From Paecilomyces variotii (lineage: Eukaryota): a stretch of DNA of 64,000 nucleotides. Of the stretch, positions 1 through 14,584 are shown in pieces. The DNA lies in assembly GCA_004022145.1 (NCBI GenBank), contig RCNU01000009.1. One strand, written 5' to 3'. The notes below the pieces were generated by a model. The model did not search any database. It was not told the DNA's origin and saw only the letters and a list, made by a program, of their open reading frames with translations. Position 1 is the first letter of the stretch, and every line of letters starts with the position of its first letter. The position numbers and the translations under genes were made by a program.

Positions 1-3000
1 ATACTATTTGTAATTCTACAATTCTACTTAATTATAAATATAGATATGCTATATTATTAGAATAAAGAAGCTTATTTTAAGAAGAGTATAGGTAATTCTA
101 TATTAAACTTAATATTATAATTTACTGTATAAGAAAAAACCTATTAATCTATAGTATTCTGATAAAGGGAATTTATAATCTATTGCTTATATATATACTC
201 TAATTTATATAAAATTCTATAGGGCCTTTAAATCAGGGATTCTAAAGAATCTAATAAATAATTAATATTTAAGATAAGGAAAATTTTAAATAAAAGATTA
301 AATGTATTATTATTATTATCTAACAGAATAAAATTATATCTACTATTATATTCTAGAAGAGTAGATAGATTAATATTTATAATTATTAGTATAAGTACCT
401 TCTAGAAAGATATATTAATAATCTCTGCATATATTATCTTTATAGCCTATAAAATATCTTTATTTAGCTAGAGGGGGCGGACATTAATTCTATAACTTTT
501 GTTTAATATGTCTTTAAGGGTAAATAATTAGTTATATTAATAAAAAAGGCGGCTTAAATACTGGTAAACTGGTTAGATTATTCCTAAATTAAGTATAAAT
601 ATAAAATATCTTTAATATACTATATAGTCGGCGAGGGCTTAAAGATACTAGATCTTCGCGATAATATATTAGAATTATAATAAGTAAAGGTTATTAATAC
701 TAATAGAAGACTTTCCTATATTAGTTACTAAATCTTATCTTATATAGTTAAAACTTACTAAATAAATAGTTTAAATAATATAATTAGAATAGCTAAAGGC
801 TAAAAGATTAATCTATAATTACTTTAATATAAAAGCTATAATAAAAAGATTCTAAGTAGAAAATAATTATAGCAAAAAGTAGAACTTCTAAATTATAGAA
901 GGGTTAAAGAGTAATAAAAAAAGTATCTAAGGAGATAAAAAGAGGGATTTATATCTAGCTGCTTTATTTACTATCTAGTTCTTTATTTACCTCGCGTTAT
1001 TAGATTATCTACCCTTTAAACTAATTAAATGCCCGGATTAGTCTATATATAAAAATTAACCCTCCTAATTCTAATAGAAAGCCTTAATTAAGAGATATAT
1101 TAAGATTATAATTAATTATTAGGCCCAATAAGCAGCTAAAATTACTTAGCCCTGATTCTAAGGATAATAATCTATTATTTAGTTAAATTATCTGAAATAA
1201 TAAATAAATGTTTATTTCTAATTTTTTTTAGGATTTTAAATTTTATTCCTCTTCTATCTCTATTAATATTAATATTTATACTAATAATAGCTCTTTTCCT
1301 CCTATTTAATTAATATCCTATATTTTACTCTTCTTTATAGATAAATAGTATCTATAGCAGTGTTAATAGCCTTAAAATAGCTATAGAAGGATATCTTTAA
1401 TATAAAACACATATAGGATTCTGAAAATTATATAATTTATAGCAGAATCGCGGTATACAGTCTAATAAATTATATATATAGGTTATTAATTATTAGTATA
1501 GCAAGAACTAGAGATAAATATATCTAGTATATGCTTTTACTATGTAATTACTAAATATATCTTCTTATACTAGCTGGTCTAATATAAATCTATAAGTCGA
1601 CCTAACTATATTATAATTTAAGCTTACCTAAATAGATATTAGCTATTAGAAATATAGAAATCTAATAATATACTGTTATCTTTAGCCTAGCAGCTATAGA
1701 ACTAGTATTAGATTACTCTCTGCTTATTATTAATTTATAAGGATATCTTTTAAAGCCTCTCTATAACTAATCTTAAAATCAGCTATATTACCCCAATTAT
1801 AAAAGATATAATCCCAGAATTTAATATAGATTTGGCAAATATCTTAAAGGATAGGGAATAAAATAACTCTATAGAGGATTTAAATAATTTTAACTTAATC
1901 TTATTTAGGAATAATTAGGTCTAGTTTAATTATTTATTTGCTATCTTTAAGAGTATAATAAATAGATCTATATTATTACTCTAGATTTTAATATTATATA
2001 AATTCTCTTATAGGGGAAATTACTTTATAAATAAAAGTATTAATAACTTAGTATTATCTATAATAAGGAGCAGGCGGGGATAATAAGGGGAAAGGAAGAT
2101 TATATATATAATGAGTATAATAATAATATCTGTAATATTCTTAGATAATAGGAATAACTATATAAGTATTTCCTATACTAAATAGTTAATTATTTTAGTT
2201 ATTAATAGGATTATCTGTTTTTTTCTTATAAGAGAAATAACTTCTTTCTGTTTTACCTAGTTTCTCTAATAAAAGAAATAGTCCTTTCTTATTAACTACC
2301 TCTTATATATTTATTTAATTCCTAATTATTAGGGTTTAAATTTAAGCTGTATAACTTAGTAGTACACTAAGCTATTTTTACCTAAATATTTAGTATATTT
2401 AGCCCTTAAGAATACACCCTCAGGTTATTATATACTATAAGATAATATAAGAATAATATAACTAATACAACTAGCAGAATATAAGGCCCTGCTTCCTACA
2501 GATATAAACATATATAATTAGCTTTATCTAAAGTCTTAACTCAAGTAATATTATATATATAAAGAGGACTTATTTAATTAGAAGTCTATAACTTCTTTAG
2601 AATTATCCTTTTAATTAATAGATATAGTTAATAATTAGATAATAGATATAATAGAGAAAGAGGCTATAGCTAAATAAGATACTAAAGAGCTAATAAGAAT
2701 TATCTTGCCTAATTAATTACCTATATCTATTAGAAAAAACCTATCTAAAAGAAAAATATCTATATAATAAAATATAGTAAGAAGAAATAGAAAAGTTTTT
2801 ATCTGCTACTTAAAAGTATAAATAATTATTTTAATATACCCTTAAGCACTATAATAGCATAGTAAAGTTTAAGAAAGAGGTTTTTAATCCTATAGATTAG
2901 CTCCTTTAAGTCTAGCTTATTATTAGGCTTAAAAGAGACTATAATAAGATCTATAGCTATCTATAATTAGCATAGTATAAAAAAGGGAGATTAAAAATAC

Positions 3001-3584
3001 TTACTTTTAAAAGAACTAGCCTACGGCTTATAGTTATAATATTAAGGGGGGAAAATATTTTAAAGGTCTTCTCTATATTAGTTTAAGATCTCTTAGGTTA
3101 GCTAAGGCAATCTATTATAAGAACTAGGCATATTAAATATAATAGCAGTAATTATTTATAGGGCTATATTATATTAGCTACTAATTATTATTTATAGAAA
3201 GAGTTACTTAAGGGGTATATAAGATTTAATAATAAGCAAAAATATAAAGAAAGAAAGATTTTAAGGGAAAGCGCAAAAGATTCTAAAAGGAAGAAATATA
3301 TTTATATTTCTCGCTCTCACTATTAGATTACTTAGATAACTTATATATATATATTATTAGATAAAGGGTATTAAGTAATAAGGATTAGATTAGGATAACT
3401 AAATAAATAGGATTAGATTAAGATAATTAAGCAAATATATAAAGAAGTATTAGTTATATAATATAGCTTAATTTAATATCTTAAAGATTAAGTAAAGATA
3501 AATAAGCTAATTATATAATTAGCAAGTATATATTATAATAATAATTAGCTTAAGAAAGATAGATTATATTTGCTTATAAATAAA

Positions 3585-4470
3585 AGCTAGCTTCTTACTT
3601 AGGTAATAATTATTCCCTTATAAGAGAAAGCTAGCTTCTTACTTAGGTAACAACTTATTCCCTTATAAGGGAAATATTGCTTTTTATTTAGGTAATAACT
3701 TATTCCCTTATAAGGGAAATATTGCTTTTTTAGGTAATAATTATTCTTTTATAAAGGAAATATTGCTTTTTATTTAAGTAATAACTTATTCCCTTATAAA
3801 TAAAAGCTAGCTTCTTATTTAGGTAATAACTCATTCCTTTATAAGGGAAATATTGCTTCTTACTTAGGTAATAACTTATTCTTTTATAAGAGAAATATCT
3901 CTTCGGGTAATAATTATTCTCTTATAAGGGAAATATTGCTTCTTACTCAAGTAATAACTTATTCCCTTATAAAAGAAATATTGCTTCTTACTTAGATAAT
4001 AACTTATTCCCTTATAAATAAAAGCTAGCTTCTTATATAGGTAATAATTATTCTCTTATAAGGGAAAGCTAGCTTCTTACTTAAGTAATAACTTATTCTC
4101 TTATAAGGGAAATATTACTTCTTATTTAGGTAATAACTTATTCTCTTATAAATAAAAGCTAGCTTCTTACTCAGGTAATAACTTATTCCCTTATAAGGGA
4201 AATATCGCTTCTTATTTAGGTAATAACTTATTCCCTTATAAGAGAAATATCGCTTCTTTAAGTAATAATCATTCTTTTATAAGGGAAATATTACTTCTTA
4301 TTTAGATAATAACTTATTCCCTTATAAAAGAAATATTGCTTCTTACTCAGGTAATAACTTATTCCTTTATAAGGGAAATATCGCTTCTTATTCAGGTAAT
4401 AACTTATTCCCTTATAAAGAAAGCTAGCTTCTTACTTAAATAATAATTATTCCCTTATAAGGGAAAGCTA
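3585..4470 (+). repeat. Tandem array, ~20 copies of a ~40-44 bp unit built from two palindromes
   Basis: Unit approx. GCTTCTTACTCAGGTAATAACTTATTCCCTTATAAGGGAAATATT, read directly; one further copy at 5780-5820. Confidence 0.95.
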
Positions 4471-4693
4471 TCTTAGTTTAGTTCTTTATTAATTATTTAT
4501 ATAGCTTATACTAGCAAGCTGTATAATACCTAAAACTAAGAATAAATCTTTTAGAAAAGAAAGAGAGAAGATTAGGTAAAAATAATTTATTCTATTTATA
4601 TTTGCAGGTGTAGCCTATATAACCCTTTAATATAACTAAGATCTAACCTATAATAGAGATATAAAAGTAATAAAATCTAGTAAGATAATAATT

Positions 4694-5691
4694 ACCCTTG
4701 CGGCAAATAGCAAGGATCTTAATATAGAGTTTATACTAAGTTTCTTATAATAAGCAGTAATATCTTAAGCAGCTAGTATAGCAGTATAGGGATAAGACTT
4801 ATTATATTTAGCCTTAATCTTTATATTATTAGTAATAGGGTAATAGTTATAGAGCAGTAATATTTTAAATAGCTAATATAGTAGTAATTGGTAATATCCT
4901 ATAAAGCAATAATATTTTAAATAGCTAATATAGCAGTATAGAGATAGGACTTATTATAGTTAGCCTTAACCTTTATACTATTAGTAATAGGTAATAGTTA
5001 CAGAGTAATAATATCTTAAACAGCTAATATAGCAGCATAGGGATAGGACTTGTTATAGTTAGCCTTAACCTTTATACTGCAGAGGAGAACTATCTTAAAC
5101 AGCTAATATAGCAGTATAGGGATAGGACTTATTATAATTAGCCTTAACCTTTATATTATTAGTAATATAGATAATAATTATAGAGCAGCAATATCTTAAG
5201 CAGCTAATATAGCAGTATAGGGTAAGACTTATTATAGTTAGCTTTAACCTTTATATCGCGGAGGAGAATTATTTTAAACAGCTAATATAGCAGCATAAGA
5301 ATAAGACCTTTATACTATTAGTAATATAGGTAATAATTGCAGAGTAGCAATATCTTAAGCAGTTAATATAGCAGTATAGAGATAAGACCTTTATACTATT
5401 AGTAATATAGATAATAGTCGCAGAGTAATAATATCTTAAATAGCTAATATAGCAGTATAGGGATAGGACTTATTATAGTTAGCCTTAACTTTTATATTGC
5501 GGAGGAGAATTATCTTAAGCAGCTAATATAGCAGCATAGGGGTAGAATCTTTATACTATTAGTAATATAGGTAATAGTCGCAGAGCAGCAATATTCTAAG
5601 CAGCTAATATAGTAGTATAAGGATAGGACTTATTATAATTAGCCTTAACCTTTATATTATTAGTAATATAGGTAATAGTTTTATAATTATT
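4694..5691 (-). repeat. Tandem array (11 units, mostly ~80-100 bp) derived from a ribosomal protein S14/uS11 coding fragment
   Basis: Minus-strand translation gives ITNNIKIKAKYNKSYPYTAILAA*DITAYYKKLSIN..YIKI, matching uS11 [42 protein letters not shown] almost entirely through C>T/G>A changes. KVKA and PYAA survive literally in the copy at 5012-5080. Confidence 0.85.
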
Positions 5692-7899
5692 ATAATTATA
5701 GATATTAATCTTTAAAAAACAAATCTTAGATTAATAATATTAAAGGAAAATAAGTTAAAATAGTAATAAATAACTTTATGCTTCTTATACAGGTAATAAC
5801 TTATTCCCTTATAAGGGAAATTTAAGATTTTACTTAAATAATAACTTATTTTTAAATTAGAAAAGTACTATATTTTTACTATCTTATTACTTAGGAACTT
5901 ATTATAATAAAATTATATATCTACTAAAGAATTAAATAAATCTAACCAGATAAAATATAACTATACTCTTATATATTTAGGTCCTATAGCAATTTAAACT
6001 GGTTTAATTAAACTATATCTTCTATTTATATTATATCTAAAGCAAATATTTTAAGAATTTAATACTATAGTTCCTATCGCAATATTTTAAATATAATATA
6101 TAGTTTATAAGAAGAGAATAGGCGAGCTCTTAACTTATAAAGGTATAGTTTAGCTTAATTACTATATGCCTCTAGCTATTCTAATTAGATAAGAATACTT
6201 AGTTTTGCTTTTTAATAACCTATATAATATTAAGATTAGTTAGTAAGGAGAAGATAGTATAAGAGGGCGGGAACTAACTGAGTCTATTATTAAAATTAAC
6301 TTAGTTATACTATAATTGCGGCACTTGTTCTAGTTTATAATATTTAAGAAAAATTTTCTATATTAGGCGAATAATAAAGATAACTGCTTATTAGAAGGGA
6401 TCTTTTACCTGTAGCTTTTTCTTAATCTAGATCTTTATAAACCTCCCGCTTATCTTTAATTCCTTATATTTATTAGTCCCCAGTTAGATAATATAATATA
6501 TAAGGATAGTAGTATAAATAATAGTAAGTTAGTATTCTTTCTATTTAAGATTAGAGGTTAAAATCTCTTAGGTATATTAGAAGTAATTAGTAAGGTTATA
6601 ATTATTATTCTAGTTATATTCTGCAATATATTTATTAAATATAGATATAATCTATTCGGGTATACTTATTTATAAGAAGGTATAGACCTATAGCTAAACT
6701 ATAGAACCTCTATAAGGCACTACTATAAATAACTATATTTTATATAGCTCTTTAAAATTATTTACGCAAAATATACTGCTACTTAGCTAACTAAGGAATA
6801 CTTAAATATAGCTTTCTTAGATAGTTATAAAAAGAAAATAAATAATAGTCTCTAGCCTAGCCGCTAGTCCAATAATGCGTTTAATATATACTATTATGCT
6901 GTAGAAATACTAGAACTAGTCTGACTAAGAGGGGATAAGGAGATAGGGATTTATAGAGTATATAGATTTAGGCTTATTAGCTGTCTTTTAAAGGATCTTT
7001 ATAAAGTTAAATAGGAGAATTCAGTATCTAGTATTTAGCGCCTAATTTAAATTCTAACACTTAAGATTAATGCGGTTATATATATAAATAAAATATATCT
7101 TTAGGTAGATCTATTATATTAATAGCTATAAGTCCTCTTTATAGTTATTAATAATCTTCTATATAGTCGCGATATAGATACTATAACTATATCCCTTTAT
7201 TTGCTGCTATAGATATTATATAATATAGTTATATATATAGATAGCGTAGAAATAATTAAAAAAGATTATTACCTATATTATAATATTAGGTCTATAGTAA
7301 AAAGAATCCCCTAGTATAAGTCTAGTAAATTGTTCTATAATAATTTATTAATAGATATATTAAGCTATATGCTTATTATAATAAATAATTAATGCCTTAA
7401 GATATGCTAATTAAGGCTTATCTAAATCTCTAATAAAGAGCTATTTATTTAATATTAGAATCTATTAAGTAAGCAAAAAGATATCTAGATCTATATAGAG
7501 CCAATAGTAATAATATAAATAGTCCTAGGAATTAATATAGCGTAGAATATAATATAATAATATATATTAGTTGCTAGTAACTATATAATAGCTAAAATAA
7601 TTAATAATTATAACTGCCTCCCGCGCTGTAAGTAATAAAGTAAGCTTTTTATTTTAAGCTTATTACTGTAAAAAGCTAAGCTAAATTACTTTAAAGAAAT
7701 AAAGATATATAATTATAATTATAGGAAATATCTAGATTACTATATTAGTAGTAGATTTAATACTTATTAGTATAAGAGAAATTACTTATAATTATAAATT
7801 ATAATAGGGGTATAAATAGAAAGACTAACCTTATAAGAGATTTCTTAAATAAGATCCTTCTATATATTTGCTTAATAGAGGAATATATTAATAAAATAG

Positions 7900-8801
7900 A
7901 TAATTAATACAAAAGCTGTTTTATAATAAGATTCTAGCTTAATAAATTTATCTATAGGAATTATAAATTATTATTCTATCTATAAACTACATTAATTACT
8001 TTTTATTACTTATTCTAACTGTACTTATTTATGCTAATAAGCACAATTATTATAATTAATACTAGAGGAGGATTTAAATAAGAGTAAGTAGATTTCTTCC
8101 TATAAGATATTCTTAGGCTTACCTAACCTTAACCCTGTTATTTTATTTAAGGTATATTAGTAGTAGTTCTTAATTAATTAAGTAGTAGGGATAAATAGCA
8201 GTAGGTATATTATTAATATAATAAGCCTTTATATAACTATAAGACCTTACTTATTAAACTAGATAATATATTTCTGTATATTATATACCTAGAATTTAGT
8301 TACTTATATTACTTATATTACTTAGGTTAACCGCTCTATATATTCAGCAGCTAGTATAATAACTCTTATTTATAGAAATAATAGAGGATAAGATATTTAG
8401 CAATTACCCTAATATATATTTATTGCCTATAAATAGATATTATACTTATCTTTATAAGAATTAAATTCTTTAGCCTATATTGCTAAAAGATTAATAAGAA
8501 GCGATAAATATTTATAAGAGAGAAGTTATAATTTAACAGCAATATTATAAAAGAGATAAGAGATATATTCTATATTAATATATTTGCGTAACTTAAGGTC
8601 TAATATAGCTAATATACTATTTAGGTATAATTAATAGTATATACTTAGAATAGAGCTAGTTACTTCGCTATTACCTTTAAAGTTAGAGGTAGTTTTAAAG
8701 AGATTCTTATACTTTATAGGTATTAGCGGGTTTTTAGGCTCTAAAAATATAGGCTAATTCTTAGATATTAATAAAGAGTAAAGCTCTGCAGGCAGACCCA
8801 T
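7900..8801 (-). pseudogene. RIP-destroyed gene-like frame of unknown function
   Basis: Frame starting ATG GGT CTG CCT GCA GAG (MGLPAE...) at 8801 whose stops are mostly TAA/TAG, as expected from RIP of CAA/CAG/TGG. The lower boundary is approximate. Confidence 0.3.
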
Positions 8802-10944
8802 TATAAAATTATCTTAATTTCCCTTATAAAGTAAATTAGCATTTTCTATCTTAAGTATAAAGTTATATTTATATAGTTTAAGATTAATATTACCTCTAAA
8901 AGTATATATATAAAAAGTTAGAATTATATTATGCTATTATTTATCTGCTAAGATATTCTCTTATTAAAAAAAGAACCCCTCCTATTTATTAATAAAGATT
9001 TATTAGAAATAATATTATTATTATATACTTAATCTTATAAAATTAAGTTCTAAGATCCGCTATTTATATAAAATACTATATATAATTAGTTTAGCATCTT
9101 CTTTAAAAATAAAACAGATATAGTCTGCAAGTATCTATATATATTTTAAAGAAAGAGTAATTATTATAGCTTTATCTAGTAACTCTCCCCTATATATAAT
9201 AATAAACTATATAAATTATTTATAATCTTTTGCTAATTAAAAGCAGCGCCCTTATATAAAATATAGAAAAAAATTACTAATATCTAACTAATATTTAAAG
9301 TTTTAATAGTAGAAAGTAAAGATAATTATAGATAGAAGATTATTGCTATTAAAATAACTAAGTACACAGTTTAGGTTACTAATAAGATAAAGATAATTAA
9401 GGTAAAAAGTCCTTATAAAAGCCTTAGGTTTTTATAAAGGTTTTAATCTATAATCCTTATATAGATAGTTATTGCTACTATAATCAATATAATATTATTT
9501 ATAGAGTATATTATAGGCTTTATTAAAGTTAAATAAAGGGTAAGATATAGTTTTAATAAAGTTAAGCGCTGCTAATTAGTTAATAACTTAATCAGATAAA
9601 GTAATAGATAGATAAACTTACAGGTAATTACTATAGGGGTTTTATAATTTATAGATATAATAGTTTAATTATAAAGATTATTATTATCCCTATCTAGATT
9701 AGGGGTATTAACTACCTACTTAGGCAATTTACTAAAGAGTAATAGATTAAAACTAAAATTACTTATTACCTTATTATTACTTTTAACATTTATAGTATAG
9801 GCTTTACCCCTATTAATTAGAGTATTATAGTTAAATAAGTCTTAAATAAAACTATTGCTTTTTTCTATTTTAATTAAGTTTATTAAGAGTATAGAGTATT
9901 AACTTATTAGTAGCAGGCTAATTAGATATTTAAATATTAAGGCTACTAATAATTAACTGGGTAGGGCTTTAATAAAGAAGTTAAAAAAATTTAAAATAAG
10001 CTCTAAAACAGCTATTAATTAATCTTTATAGTCTTAATTTATATCTTCTACTAGTATCTAAAATAAGGTTAAAATTGCTATATTAGTATTACTATTAATA
10101 ATAAAGGGGATATTAATATTTACTGCTAGTAATAGCTAGCCTATTATAAGTATCTGCAAATTATTAATAACTTTAATATCTTATATTTTAAGGGGGTTAT
10201 TAATAATTAATATAAAGACTCCTTATTAGATCTTAGTAATATTACTAGATAATTTAGAGGCTAAATAACTTTATTAATATAGCCTTAATTATAATAATAT
10301 AATTGCTATAGTATCTTCTAATAGTTATATTCTCTTATATATTTGCTTATTAGAAGTTCTCTAACTTAAATTAAAATAGGATTATTAAGAACTTAAAGTA
10401 CTGCTAAATTGGCTAGGGCTGCTAAAAAAATCCTAAATAGCTTATTAATTTAATTCTTATTAGCTATTAAGTTTTTTTAATAATATCTTTAATTAGCAAG
10501 GCATAGTATAGAATTAATAGTATGGCACTTTATTATAATAATAAGATTATAAATTAATTTTTAATAAAAAAATACTAAGATAATAGGATTTTTTTTCTCA
10601 GGGGCTTATAATAGATAAATGCCCTAGGGTATCTTACTGCTTATAGATTCTCTAATTCCCTTATAAGGGAATTAAATTAAATATAGCGGTTAACTATTAT
10701 TTCTAAATTATACTAGTTTACTAAGATTTTACTAAAAAAAAATACTTAATTATATAGTAATACTATCTGTATTAGAGCTAATATAGGAGGATTATAATAT
10801 TATTAAAAAGAAATCGCTTAATAAATATTATTAATAATAATTAATTAAAATATTTAGGTATTTAGATAGTTAAGTAATTGTTAGTTTTATTTTAAGGATA
10901 TTTTATAGACTTTTATTATAATATTAAACCGCGTTATATTAGTA

Positions 10945-10950
<6 letters not shown>

Positions 10951-10988
<38 letters not shown>
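10951..10988. repeat. (TA)19 microsatellite
   Basis: Read directly. Confidence 0.95.
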
Positions 10989-10989
<1 letters not shown>

Positions 10990-11017
10990 TGGATATATAT
11001 ATTCTATATATATATCT

Positions 11018-13581
11018 CTATGCGTACCGTATAATAGACCTTAATATCTTAAATAAGCCTCTAACTACCTACTTGCTAGAACCTATATTAAAGCAATTAC
11101 CTTATGCTTAATCTTATTATACTGCTATAATAATTATAATTATATAGATTAAGCAATTTCCTTTTTATAAGATATAAAAGTCTTCCCTTATTAACTCTAG
11201 TAAAGATACTGCTACTACCTTCTAATAAAATCTTAATCTTTTATATAATTAGCCTCTTTTGCAGCGTAATATTATTAACCTAATATTACTAATAATATAG
11301 TTATAAAAATTTTTATTAAAATTATTAATAATATTAAATTAATAGGACTACGCGCTAAGAAATAATAAATTACTAGAACTAGTCCGCTGCCTAACTATAA
11401 CTTGCTACTATATAGCTAATAATTTTCTCTACTCTTAATTAGCTCTATTAATAATCTCATTCTACTATAATGCCTAATAGTATTAATAAATATAGGATTA
11501 AATAATTATTACTACTATTATTACTATTACTATCTTCTATATAAGATTTATAATATAAATACTTAAAGAAATTAGTTAGGGATTAATCTCTTTAATTACT
11601 TTAATCTCTAGTCTAATTCTTAATTATAGCCTAATATTTATCTACTAGTTCCTTAATAGAGACCCTTAATATAGAATCTTTTCTCTTAGCCTTTAAATAT
11701 TTGCCTAGTCTCTTATATTCTTTATTAATTATATATATAAATAAAGCTTATAATTGCCTGTTTACTACAATATAATTAAAGGTTAGTAAATATTAAATCT
11801 TAAGATAAGAGTAATAATCGATTAAAAAGTTATTAATAAAACTTAAAACTATTATAAGTTACTATATCTATTTTACTAGATTTAGGAGAGCTAACTGCTT
11901 TAATAAGATTAGAACTAATAGATAAACTAACTATAAAAATTTATACTAAAATAGTTGAGAAAAGCGGTCTATATAACTCTCTATATTAATTATTACCTCA
12001 GGTAGTAATATACTTTTTATATAGTTATAGAAGTCGATTATATATTGCTAGTAAAATTAGATAATTTTAGCTTATAAGTTAAGAGCCTTATATTCTATAT
12101 CTTTATTAGTACCAGATAGAAAAAGTAATTAAAAGAGATAATAAATAGCGAGTTTATTAGTTGCTTTTTGCCCTACGCATATATTTATATTATACTATTA
12201 TACAATATAAAGAAAAAGCGACTAATAAGAAATGCTATAATAATTAATTTTATGCAAGATATCTTAGGGATCTATTAAAACTAATTGCGTAAGGAGAAAT
12301 TTAGCTGCTTATTAATATTGGCTATTAAATAGTAACAGCAGTATATCTAGTAATTGCGGAGCCTTAGGGGTAAATTGCTTATTAAGAATATTATTATCTT
12401 CTTTGCAAAGTATTTAGGTTATATAGTTCTATTTAGCAAGAGAAATCTATTAAGTCTTAGGTCTGCTAATACAATAGACTATTTTAATTAAATTATTAAT
12501 CTGGGAATACTAGTACTAGAAGGTATTAATAATAATTAAGCTAGGTTTCCCTTATAAGGGAATTGTAGGCATATATATATTTAATTCGCGACTCTTTTAA
12601 ATAAGTAAAAGTTGTAAGTTAGAATAATAGCCGGGTAACTGTAGTTAAACACTACTTATTATATAAAGAATAATATGCTTTATATTGCTATAAACTAATA
12701 AACTAATTTATAGAAAAGCTATTTTAATCGGTAATATATAAGACTTATAGGATTTCTTATTTAATAATCTAATATACTGTATATTAGATATAGTTAGTAA
12801 ATTCAGAATTGTATTTAATATATTTAGTAAGAGCAACCTATTAATCTCTATTATTATCGGGCAATATTAATAGTATATAGTTATTATATAATTAGCAGTT
12901 AAGCTAGTAGAGTAATATGTCTATTTATAATTATTATAATTAGCAGAAATTATTATAGAAGCTATTATGATAATATAATAGGAATTAAATACTACTATTA
13001 TAAATATTATAAGCCTATTAGAACTTAACAGCATTATTAGAGAATTCTAGAGATTAATTAGCTAAGAATTATTGCAATATAGTAATTTAATATTAGCTAG
13101 CTAAAAGCTCTATTAATTATTAATTTACCGCGAGCTATTTAGTAACTATAGGGGTTTTAATTAGGTTAATTAAAGGGGATTGTTTAAAGATATACTTAAT
13201 TTAATCTATAATCTACTGAGCTTACTTAAATATAGCCGGTTTATTAACTAATAATTAAAGATAATATTATAATTGCTACTATTCTTTTATAGAATAAATA
13301 GCTTATATATAATATTCTAGTAATATCTAATAAAATCTTTGTTAAAAGCTATATTACAGCTGTATAACATATTAATAATTAATAGATTAATTATTGTTAT
13401 AAGATTCTGACTAAACTAATAAGATACTTTATAATTAAACTTAAATCGACCCTAATAAGTGCTCTTAAGCACTTTCCTATATAAACTTATTAGTATTGAT
13501 ATTAGTTATTTATGCTTTTTTAGTCTTTAGAGTATTAGTATTAGTTAATAATTTTTTGCGCTTTGCAGGGGTTAGACTTAT
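11018..13581 (-). pseudogene. RIP-destroyed ParB/Srx-like protein resembling the N-terminus of fungal DUF3723-family proteins
   Basis: De-RIPped motifs in one frame: NRSIDHRHV.QL (13400-13360), ELLAGQHRI..L (13110-13071), WWACDIYD (13021-12997), then LPDNDG. Start and end are approximate. Confidence 0.5.
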
Positions 13582-14584
13582 TATATATAAAGATCTCTTT
13601 TACTTATTATAAAATAGTTTTATAGCTAGAAAGAATAATCTAAATTTTCTGAGATATATCTATATAGAATATTATTAGCTATCTTGCAGTCTAATAAACC
13701 GATTTTATTTCAGTAAGATTGGGGCCTTTTAAGTCTCTATTTTAAGCCCCTTTAAGTAGTAGTAATAATAGTAGTATATATATTATACTAATCCATATTA
13801 AGGTGTTAGAGGATAGGTCTACTTAAGAAAATTATATGCTAGTATTATATTAGGATCTTTAAACAGAATTATTAGTTATTAAATAATAGTATATAATATA
13901 ATTTTAAGAATATTATACTATTATACCTATCTGTTTAACTAATAAGGTTATTTAGTATCTATTAGTAGAGGTTTATTAGATTAGCTTTATAGCTTAATAA
14001 GCTAGCTGTTTTATATTAAAATTAGTTATATATCTGGGTAAGTATCTTATTATTAATTTGCTATTTAAAAATTTTTTACCCAGAGGCCTAAAGAAGCGGT
14101 TAATATTAAAGGGGCTTAGACCTGTTTAATAAAGCTAATAGATATAAGATTAAATTCTACTATCCTTAACTATTGCGGACTAAGAATATTTAAAAAGTTT
14201 TTAACCTATTAATACTATATCTATTTATATATAATTAGTTTATATATCTCCTTCTCTTTATTTAAAACTTGTAAGATAGCCTAAGTCTTATTTATATTGT
14301 AAGAATAATATTTCTATACTCTTTAATTCTTTAAGGATATATAAGATATATTTTTAATCTTTTAGATTCTATTCTATTTATCCAGTAAAAAAATATATTT
14401 ATAGCTTATTTCTCTTATAAGGGATAGAGGGGTTTTTATAATAATATATTATATCTAATTAGAAAGCCTTAATAACTTCTTAGTTATATAGAAGTCTATC
14501 TAATATTTTACTAAAATAAAATTATCTCTTAAGATCTTAGGAATTCCTGCTCCAATTGCTTTATATTAATATTATATCTCCTTA

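Noticed and set aside
1-3300. Starship captain (DUF3435) or telomere-linked RecQ helicase among the gene-like frames
   Set aside because: Gene-like frames exist on both strands, but no diagnostic tyrosine recombinase or helicase motifs could be recovered by eye.
3585-4470. CRISPR-like appearance of regularly spaced palindromic repeats (also 14585-15010)
   Set aside because: There are no unique spacers, since the units are contiguous tandem copies. The context is eukaryotic and no cas genes are present.
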